From: Diadema antillarum
Lineage: Eukaryota
Length of the DNA stretch: 64,000 nucleotides
NCBI RefSeq assembly: GCF_040938485.1
Contig: NW_027271791.1
Span: 62,001 to 126,000, forward strand
Direction: 5' to 3'
Numbering within the stretch: position 1 is the first letter of the stretch; each line of letters starts with the position of its first letter. The notes under the pieces were generated by a model, which worked only from the letters and a program-made list of their open reading frames with translations, did no database searches and had not been told where the DNA came from. The position numbers and the translations under genes are program-made. Below, piece by piece: positions 33,701-43,513 of this stretch.

Positions 33701-36700
33701 TTGTAAACACTATTGCAGTATTCTGGGGGGGGGGGGGGGGTGTGAGGGTTGCACAAGTTTATTTGGGCAGAAAAACAGTATCGTTACCTTCAGTACAATC
33801 AACATGTTTAGTAATACAACTTGGAAAAAATAGTATTTTCCATAAAACCAGCAGCATGTTTGACATAAAAACAGTGCAAAATATTTTAAGAGAGCAAGAG
33901 TTGGCATTTCTGTGTCTGAGCATTTTGGCTTGCCACTACATAGCCAAACTAAAAGACACATGTTACATAATAATTAAAGTTGGCCTTGTTCATGCCCTTA
34001 ATCATGCAACGTGAATCGTTACCTCAAGATGTTGATACAACCGTGGCCATTGGTGAGAAAGAAGAGATCACTGTCATTGTTCCACGAGATCTCATTGACC
34101 TCGTACTTGAACTGCTCCTCATTCAGGATCTTACTCGACTTGACATCGATGAAGGTGACCAGGTCATCCTTGTTGCCCACGGCAATGTTGTGGCCATTGG
34201 GACTCCAGCAGATGTTGATGTTCTCACCTGATAATTGCAGACACAAAACGAGATAGCCAACATTACACTACCACACTCTATCTAATAAAAAGGACATAAA
34301 TCATTGATGAAATTTGAAGTTTACCAATATTTTAGCAGATTGATATAGAATTACATATATGCATCCTGTGATAATCATTACAGCATACACACAAAATATA
34401 TAGAGGGAATATAAATCATACAGAGAATTACATAGAGAATATTGCAGACTTTGGGCAAGCAATGCACTTGTTTAGCATTGCTATATGAAGACAACACAAA
34501 AGTAATTTTTAGTCTATTTTTCATTACTGTCAAGCCTCATGAAACATTTCTTCTTCTTTTTTTTTTTTTTTGTAATAACCTGAGCTCCTTACTAACTACT
34601 TACTAGACAAGTTTGCTCATTAATCACCATAAAAGCACTGAAATGGACAAAAATTCAAACTTGTTGACATCACACTGCCTAGAGATGAAAATCAAAAATG
34701 AAATAAAAACACCTGGTCTGCCGAAGTATATCTTTACAAAATTAAAACCCACCCTTCGTTTGTATGGTTGAGACTGACTTTCCAGACCGTGTGTCCCAAA
34801 TTCTGATGGTCTTGTCTCCCGATGCTGTGACAAAAGTGTCTGGGTTCCTGGGATGCCAGCACAGTTGATCCACACTACCTGCATGGCCTTTCAGAATCAT
34901 TTCCCTTGTCTGAAGAAAAAAAAGGATAATTAGATAGTTCCAATCAAAATACTGCAGTATTTCACTTTGGTCTATGCAAATTTAATAAACTTTTATCATT
35001 ATCATCATTATTCATATATTATCATATAGACAATAATATAAGTGTTATTACATTTTTACATCTGAAATCATTTGACATCACCATCAACATCACCATCGTC
35101 ATCATTATTCATTTATTGTATTAAAAAATAGGAAAAAAAAAAACAGCACCAGATATTACACGCCCTTCTTCATCAACATCACTCCGCAGACATTCTCACA
35201 AGCTCTTTTATTCGGCAAAATCGTGAAATAGGCTCCACCGCAGTGCCTGGTACCCGTGCGTTAGCATAGCTAGCAAGCAAGGTTAGGTTAGGGTTAGGGT
35301 TTTTAATAGGGTTAGGTAGGGTTGTATTTATGGTTAAATTGGCCGTTAAATTAGTCGAGGGACATTAGGGAGGCCTAATTCCGAGAAGAAAGGGAGGACG
35401 AAAGATGCTATGCTGCGGAAATTGGCCCCACCGCTGTATCAATCTCGCGTAAAAGCTGACGAACCTGTTTAGTGGGGCTGCATTCACGAGTATACTGTGG
35501 AAGAAAGCCCCACCGCCGTGCTTATCTACCGATGAACGCCACACAGTGGGGCTGAATTCACGAGTGTATTGGTTTTAGTATGGACACGCAGTGGTGCAGG
35601 TGGGGCCTATTTCACGAGTATGCCCTTTATTCCATATATACAGTCCGGGAAACCCGCTCATGAGGACCGCCCCCGCGTACGAGGATGGTCCCTCCTCATG
35701 AGGACCTCCCCCCGCCTCATGAGGCCCCCCATTCACTTCTTATTCATCTCACATCTGACGTATAAATTGTCGCAACTTTGCACGGTGATTTTTTGTTACA
35801 CACACATGTCCACTATCCATGATGAAAAGAAGAAAAAATCCTGTCTGTTTTTTTTTTTTTAAATCGAGTTTTAATCACCCGATGCAGAGCGCCCATCAAA
35901 ACACGGGCGCCAGCGCGTTCGCACAATGCAAGACTGCCGCACCTAGCGGCCTGATCCGACTAAATATTTTCGATGCTTTTTTCTGCGGCTCTCACCTCTC
36001 CGCACACGAATTAGCCTCGTGAAGCTGAAGTCTGACATCTTTTTACACAAATTCGTAACGAGAAAAATTAAATCAGTACTAACCTGATCTTGTCCATATA
36101 TTCCAAATTACTATTCCACACTGATAGAGTAGGTGGGTAGATGACATACTCCAGTTTGTTAGCAAAATAATCACTTTGTAGGTATGACGAGTTCACTTTC
36201 TTCGTCAATTCCACCCACGATTCCGCCGCCCGCTTACCGTTTGGGCGCTTTCTCTGGAATCATCCCGCGACGCGACGTACGTCGCATCACATCACGCATC
36301 CAGCACATACCAGTCTGGTACTTTAGTGCTGGATGCGTGATGTGATGCGACGTACGTCGCGTCGCGGGATGATTCCAGAAAAAGCGCCCAAACGGCGGAA
36401 TCGTGGGCGGAACTGACGAAGAAAGTGAACTCGTCATACCTACAAAGTGATTATTTTGCTAACAAACTGGAGTATGTCATCTACCCACCTACTCTATCAG
36501 TGTGGAATAGTAATTTGGAATATATGGACAAGATCACGTTAGTACTGATTTAATTTTTCTCGTTACGAATTTGTGTAAAAAGATGTCAGACTTCAGCTTC
36601 ACGAGGCTGATTCGTGCGCGGAGAGGTGAGAGCCGCAGAAAAAAGCATCGAAAATATTTAGTCGGATCAGGCCGCTAGGTGCGGCAGTCTTGCATTGTGC

Positions 36701-38586
36701 GAACGCGCTGGCGCCCGTGTTTTGATGGGCGCTCTGCATCGGGTGATTAAAACTCGATTTTAAAAAAAAAAAACAGACAGGATTTTTTCTTCTTTTCATC
36801 ATGGATAGTGGACATGTGTGTGTAACAAAAAATCACCGTGCAAAGTTGCGACAATTTATACGTCAGATGTGAGATGAATAAGAAGTGAATGGGGGGCCTC
36901 ATGAGGCGTTCCCCGGGGGGGCCTCATGAGGCGGGGGGAGGTCCTCATGAGGAGGGACCATCCTCGTACGCGGGGGCGGTCCTCATGAGCGGGTTTCCCG
37001 GACTGATATATGCACAAACTGTTGGCTACCAAACATTGCATTGACCAAAGGACATTCTTCCCAGACACAATCAGACTGTGGACTGCTCTGCCCCAGGATA
37101 TCGTCAACTGCACCATCTATAGCTCAGTTTCAGCAAGTGGTGCAGGATATTTAACTCCGCTCGGCGCTACTCGGCGCTAACGTTAGAGTAGAAGGGAATG
37201 CTGGCGCTGGTGGGGTGTTTTTAGCTGCACCGTAAATTTACTGTAGAAAATGTTCAGGTAACGTGTAACGTTAGTTATTTTGGTTACCGTTACGCGTTAT
37301 TTTAACATGCACTGTTGTCTGTACACATGGTACATAAACACGTCCACACCTAACTGCGACCAGCAGCCCCAACGTACAACGTACAGTGTTGCAGAGCGGC
37401 GGGTCTCCGGGGCTAGTCCACACCCACCATGCTAGACAGAAAGATCCGTCTGTCCGGAGGACTCTTATGTATTTTGCCATTAACGCCGTCCTCCGTAGAC
37501 AGACGGAAGGTTGTAGTACCCATTGCTGTGTGGAAGTTCTTAACCACTGTCTCAATGGAAAATTGGGTGAGGTACCTCACCCTTCTCGATTGCGTCTAAT
37601 TCACGGCCCTAGGTCGGCAAATTTAAGCTTGAATAGTTAAATCAACTATTCAAGAATAGACTACACTCACCAGATTAATGAATAATCCAATATTTCGGTC
37701 GAATTTTCAACGCAAAACACATAGAGTTCTATCAACCAGCCCGTCGCGTCGTCACGTTCAAACTGCAGAAACATACAGTATGAATCTATTAGCCAATCAC
37801 ATGCGAGGTAGTTTCTACGTGTTTTTTTTACTTAATAAAGTACCTCGCATGTGATTGGTTTACAGATTCAAAATGGCGACCTACAGCTAGCGAACGGCGA
37901 TGTTGCGATATGGATAAAATTTCTGCATTATAACCGCGTTACTGTGAGTATTTCGATTGCAAAATGTGAGATATTAACCACAAATATTGCTGCATAATGT
38001 GTCATGTCATGTCAAACTTGTTTGAATGTAAAAAAGCTGTCTGAAATTTGGTTTATCGTAACGTTTGATCTGTGCGCTACTGCCACACAGGAGCTGGCAT
38101 CATTGACTTCGGTCTGTATACGGAGGGGATCCGTGAAGCCAGACGCAGTCTCCGCGGAACATTCCCCGACGGACAGATACAGACCGATCTTTCGGTCAAC
38201 CACCATGCCTGCCAACAGTACTAGACTAGTACGTAAGCGGACATAACCATAATTTATATTTGACCAACTGCGACCAGTCGAAGTACTCAGTATTAACTGT
38301 GTGAAGCGGATCGCGCGGAGGAGCGCCCCGACGTTAAATGGTGACCGAAAATACCCTTTAATTTTATAGCATGTGTTTACAAGCTCTGAGTTTGTCAGCA
38401 ACTCACCATCCGATCTCGATCCAGAGTGAAAACGCTCACATTTCTGTCGAATGAACCCGAAGCTAACATTCTTCCATCACAATTCCATGCGACAGAGTGT
38501 ACTTTCGAGGCATGAGCGCCATTGTGCTCTTTGGTTCGAGAATTCCTTTCAAAATGCTTGCGCAGTCCGTCAACGGGAGAAGCCAT
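30728..38586 (-). CDS. THOC3: THO complex subunit 3 (TREX, WD40 repeat protein), 321 aa, 6 exons
   Basis: Exons 38586-38407, 34909-34753, 34227-34023, 32933-32772, 32210-32110, 30888-30728; all GT-AG, phases consistent, 966 nt. Peptides KVHSVAWNCDGRMLASGSFD, GHAGSVDQLCWHP, GENINICWSP, EEQFKYEVNEISWNND, AHPANCICIEFDPTGKYFATGSADALVSLWD, LDWPVRALSFSHDG, CESPTFTVAWHPKR and KLFGLPTDS match THOC3 as recalled. Confidence 0.96.
31617..31821. mobile_element. TACTGTAAAA-family MITE (diverged)
   Basis: TACTGTAAAAGCTG ... TAGCTTTTACCATA imperfect termini. Confidence 0.6.
33305..33517. mobile_element. TACTGTAAAA-family MITE, young CpG-rich copy
   Basis: Perfect TACTGTAAAAGTGGA / TCCACTTTTACAGTA termini (TA-flanked) with many intact CGCG motifs. 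Confidence 0.85.
35221..35617. mobile_element. MITE carrying telomere-like (TTAGG/TTAGGG)n
   Basis: TIR TCGTGAAATAGGCTCCACC / GGTGGGGCCTATTTCACGA. Internal GGTTAGGTTAGGGTTAGGG...TAGGGTTAGGTAGGG. Repeated GTGGGGCTG.ATTCACGAGT. Confidence 0.65.
35641..37005. mobile_element. 1365-bp near-perfect palindromic (foldback) element in THOC3 intron 1
   Basis: Left arm 35641-36306 is the reverse complement of right arm 36326-37005, with a 19-nt centre. Termini CAGTCCGGGAAACCC / GGGTTTCCCGGACTG sit in a TA-rich site. The supplied ORF track shows mirror ORFs (35819-36022 + and 36599-36802 -). Confidence 0.92.
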
Positions 38587-38664
38587 CTTCACTTGCTTTG
38601 CATCTTTTGCACTTGCTTTAGTATGGTGTCTTCAAAAAGCACAAATTCTTTTCCAAAACTTAGG

Positions 38665-39030
38665 AAATCAAAGTCCACAACATATAAATGTGGAATAAGT
38701 AATAAGCAGCAATATTAGTAAAAAATATCAGTGAAAGTTTGAAGAAAATAGGGCAATCCGTTCAAAAGTCATGAATGTTTTTTAGTTTTGATGCCGCCAT
38801 CGCTGGATGAAACTAATTCGCTTCATGACGTCAATTTATGGACAACGAAAAACATACGGAATTCCACAAAATGTCATTTTTTAACATTCCCTCGACTTGT
38901 TACTGACATATGCTAAGAGTTATATTATTTCTGAGGGGAGATAAGTCCAGTGCTTTTCATAATGATAGAAATGTGAAAATATGATGAATTTTCTTTGTAA
39001 TTACATTCTTTAAGTTGTTTTCCATTAAAA
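38665..39030. mobile_element. Degenerate copy of the Kolobok-like MITE family, just upstream of THOC3
   Basis: GAAAGTTTGAAGAAAATAGGGCAATCCGTTCAAAAGTCATGAAT and CGCTGGATGA match the left arm of 3801-4365. Confidence 0.6.
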
Positions 39031-39596
39031 TCATGAAGTGTATAGTACTTACCGGTAGTTTCCTTATCTATAGTGAATTTAAAGTAAAAGTGAATAATGA
39101 TTTACTAGTTTTAGCTAGACTTGTTTGGTAATTGCCGTAATGTTTGAGAACTTTTAATAAAAATCAAAGGTAATTTATATGAGCGGGCTATTTAATGAAA
39201 ATATTTCATGAACATCATCCCCAATAACAAATGGTAAACATCATTAATTTTACTTCGTCTGAGGAAAAGAAATACAAGTGCCGTGATTTAGAAAATCAGT
39301 ATTAGGCCTGATTTTGAGTGCGAACATAACCCTACACATAAATCATGCCAATTTGCGCAACAACAACAAAAAATTACATACGGTATATGAAAGAAAATCC
39401 AAAGGGAAATAAGAGTTTGTGTTCCACCACATGTTCATTAGACATTCACTTTATGTAAATTGCACATAATATGGAAATGCCTGATGTTTTGTATTATGAT
39501 ATCTGTTGCATATCACGAGTATGTAGTTCTGTTAAGATAAAACATTGCTGGTTTAAACCTCCTCCTTATGTAGCGTGGTGAGCCCTGGATTTGATC

Positions 39597-39800
39597 ATAG
39601 ATATGATATAGATAATGATGTCGATGATAATGATCATAATACTAACAAAAATTATAGTAATAATGATAATGATGATAATAATGATGATGGTAAATATGAA
39701 ATTGTTACTTATTACTACTGTAATTATCATTATGCTCAATACCATTCTATACTTATTATTATGGTTATCGTTGTCGCCATCGTCATCATCATAATGATGA
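39597..39800. repeat. Low-complexity ATG/ATA/ATT trinucleotide tract
   Basis: Read directly; explains the poly-Ile and poly-Asn/Asp pseudo-ORFs. Confidence 0.85.
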
Positions 39801-39899
39801 ATACTTTTATTGTTTGTCGGACAAGGTAAATAGGATGAAAGAAAACATAATATGAAGATATACGCCATCTCTTGCCTATCTCATACTTATCAGCTTTGA

Positions 39900-40330
39900 C
39901 AGCTCGGGCGCAGGAAATAAAAACGTTAGATTACATATTTGTCACGCTAGCCAGCACGACGTCCTCCAAAATGCTGTCCACCCCGATCTGTTTTCAACAT
40001 GACTTCCCCTATGTGATGACTAGAGATTATACGCTATTGTCATGTAAATAGTGTTCCTCCGAGCGGAGCATGGGTGTGTAGGTTCTTACCCTTTTTTATT
40101 GATCCGAGTGACCAGTTCGAAGGCAATTTTGCATCCCTTGTGTTAATAACGAAGAAAGCGTGTAGGACCGGCTAGTGCACAGACGTCTTCGCATTCTCTG
40201 TGGAGAACACAATCCGCTGTGTATCTAGTAAAGGCTTGTACCATACCACTAGCTAGTAATCTCCGCAAGAAAAATTCAACTCGACTGCTTTTCGAGGGAA
40301 ACTGAAGAATGGCGAGGAAGCTTTTAAAAG
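39900..40330 (+). promoter_or_regulatory. CpG-rich putative promoter and leader exon of the GT31 gene
   Basis: CpG-rich stretch ending in donor AAAAG|GTTAGT (40330/40331). A strong acceptor TTTATATTTCCAG| at 43451 precedes the GT31 ORF. Confidence 0.45.
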
Positions 40331-41919
40331 GTTAGTTCACAGGTAGATCTGATTGATTTCCCTTTAGCATTTCCATGAAATCATTACTGGCTAAAAAGTA
40401 TTTGCGGGTTACAACGAGCAAGTTGGTACGAGTACTTTTGTGCAGGAAAAGAGCATTAGTAAGTCAGCAATCAATGTGTGATATGATATTCTAATGTTTC
40501 ATGTTTCACTCTTCGGTTGACCTTTAATCAGCATGTTAACGAGATTGAAATATCATATAAGGACTATGGATATTACTAATCTTTATTATAAAAACCTTTG
40601 ACTTATCGATGGATCAGACAATTCGATAGATGTGATTATCTCTTATCTCCTATATTGATGCTTTTCTAATACCACACCAGAATTTTAGTATGCAGACATT
40701 AAAAGGACACTAGATGCCAACTCGGTTAAACCATCAACAGGTTACCTAAATGCGATCAATTCTTTCTAGAAGCCACGCAATGTTCGTGCACTCAAAAATA
40801 ATTTCTGTTTTGTAGCATCATTTGCGTCAATGGTATGTATGAAGTCGTCATTTTTCCCCTCTTATTGGATGTCCGCTCTGGACAGGTTTGCATCCAGCGA
40901 CTTTGTGTGGCTCTTTTGGTGTTTCGACTGTTACCCAGACTGCATCAATTTATATGAATACTTAGTACAGTTGACATTATGTAGGAAATATTTCAATTTG
41001 TGTATTTCTTTTGAAATATAGATAACTGTATAGACTGAATTATCACATACGATTTGACCATCGAGCTCTCCTTGTCCTTTACTTTATTTTTTTTTAGCTG
41101 CGCATTCTAATATCCTTATTGCATATACATGACTATCATGCTTTACCGGTCAATTTTGCTTTCTCATACTTTCCCTCCCACTTTCTCCTTCTGCCCATCC
41201 CTCTTCCTCTCCCTCCCTCTCTCCCTCCCCTTCCCTCTCCCTCTCTCTCTCTCTCTCTTTTACTTGAATGGGGGACTCGTCGTGTAAATGACGGTTTCTA
41301 CATAGTAAAAATAATCTAAATAATATTGTGAGCTCTTATAGCTTCTTCGAACCACGTCCGTCTTATATACCTTTAATACAAAACGGCGTGCTTTAATCTC
41401 CTCAAGTGGTTTCCAGATCACTCTGAAATGATTTGCCAAATGATTTTGCTGATAATTCGCATTCCTGCCGCACTAGGCACACCACTCCGTGTCTACGGGG
41501 ATCGAGGGGCAAGCCGAGCCTCGATTATGCGGGTCGAGCGGAACGCAAACATTCCCTTACAGAGTTACCTCAGGGGGTCAACAAAAGATAGTAGCCAGGT
41601 ATGGCTCGGTTGAAAGCGTTCGGATTCGCATTCAAACAGCTGTAAAGCCTATGTAACTTAAAGTGAATCCTCAAAAGACCCTTGAATAAGTGGAATCGAA
41701 GTCTGCCCACGAAGTTGGGGTATCTCTCTCAACTCCCTGTTCCGCTAGAACTCGCTCGTTAGCTCTTTTTTCTTTTCAAGACTATTTCTTTTCCTTTGTT
41801 TTCCTTTTCTCTAACATTGTGTTCGAACTGACATTTCTTCGTTTTTTTCTCCCCTTCCTCCTTGTTTTGTTTGCACATTTGTACCCTCCTCCTCTTCTTC
41901 TCTCTCTTTTTTCTATCCC

Positions 41920-41956
<37 letters not shown>

Positions 41957-42494
41957 AGAGATCGCCTCTCTCTTCTTTCAGTCTCTCCTTCTCTCTCCTT
42001 TTCACCTGTGTGAGATATATTTACCCCGTCTATTACTTCGCCTTTTTTTTCTGTCTCGTCTCCACATAGCATGACGTGGCAGAGAAGCGGTCCGTGGCGT
42101 CACTATACAGTTAACACTTCTGGACACGCTATACTTCTTGTCGTGCTGCAATCTGAAACTACAGCGTTCATCGTTAATTAGACCGCGAGACAATAATGCA
42201 TAATGTCTGTATGCTGATGACACACTTTCACAAACTATGAAGGTGAGTGCAGACTGTGGGGTGAGGTATTCGTTTATAGACGACAAAACGGCAACCAGGA
42301 AAGTGGGTGTGGTCCAAGGCTCAAAATTAAAATTTCTCAGATTCACCAAATAGCAGACGGTCTTTTTTTTTTAAATAAACGATGTGTTATCATTATTATT
42401 AATCACCGTTCCAAACTTATTGCGGCAAAGTTTATGCGAAACACGTTGATGTAAAAAGAGCTATATACATGTATTAGAAATCAAGGAGCTTAAT

Positions 42495-42700
42495 GTGGGA
42501 GTACGGTGGTAGAGGGGATACGAGTCTAGAGTTTTAAACAAACAGAAGGTCTGAGGTTCGAATCCTACCAAGTTCGTTCTTCCTTGGACATAATGTTTCA
42601 GCCATGACTGTCTCTCAATTTACAGAGGAGTATTATATCATTTCCTGGCAATGCTGAGGGTAGTGATAATAATAGAGCTTTCTGGGAGAGCAGAGCTTAC
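42495..42700 (+). mobile_element. tRNA-derived SINE relic
   Basis: A-box-like GGTGGTAGAGGG, B-box GGTTCGAATCC (42555-42565), then a CCTTGGACA... body typical of SINE2 elements. Confidence 0.55.
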
Positions 42701-43105
42701 ATTGAAAAGGGAACCTGCTATTGGTAATGATGATGATGATTTTCATCATACTATTGTTATTACTAACGTCTCATTGGAGGGAGGATATATTATGCTACCA
42801 CAATCTCAGGGAATTCAACTTTTTACCTCACCCAGTTCAATTTGAAGAGAAAACAAAAAGAAAATAAATAAACAAACAAACAAACAATTGGTGGTGTAGC
42901 AACTATCTTGCCAAAATATGCATCTAATCGGAATATTGAAGCTGTGTTATTGTACTTATTGTTGTTGCAAGGTAATTTCGGTACACACAACAAATGCAAC
43001 GTAATTGCAGTATTGTGGACAATACAAAAATTTATTTTGTCCTCCTTTACATACTTAAAGGCCTGATGTGCATATCAAATGTCTTAAATTTTCAATGTAT
43101 CTTTC

Positions 43106-43140
43106 GTCTGTCTGTCCATCTATCTATCCGTCTATCTATA

Positions 43141-43171
<31 letters not shown>

Positions 43172-43230
43172 ATCTATCTATATCTATACCTATCCATCCA
43201 TCCATCTATCCACAATTTATCTATCTATGT
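43106..43230. repeat. (ATCT/ATCC)n microsatellite
   Basis: Read directly. Confidence 0.9.
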
Positions 43231-43513
43231 ACCTTTTTATCTACATGTGGCAACATTTACCTACTTACTTCTATAGAGAGAATGTGTGTGGGGGAGATAA
43301 TACGATTACTGCATTTTGACATGAACATTGCAATAATGACTGTTCAATCTGACAGCAACTTCACGTGGCATTTGATCATACCCCATAACTGCTAGATTAC
43401 CTATTAAAATACTATCAATGAAGTATTTGGTTTCTTTGTTTATATTTCCAGGGCATCGTAAATCGGCTACAAATGTTCCGATACTGCTATGACAGCTGGT
43501 GTAAGGTGACCTT

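Noticed and set aside
35819-36802. Near-identical 67-aa ORFs on opposite strands (and the related pair at 35569 and 36856)
   Set aside because: Mirror products of the palindrome, not genes.
39566-39868. Poly-Ile and Asn/Asp-rich ORFs
   Set aside because: Translations of a trinucleotide low-complexity tract.
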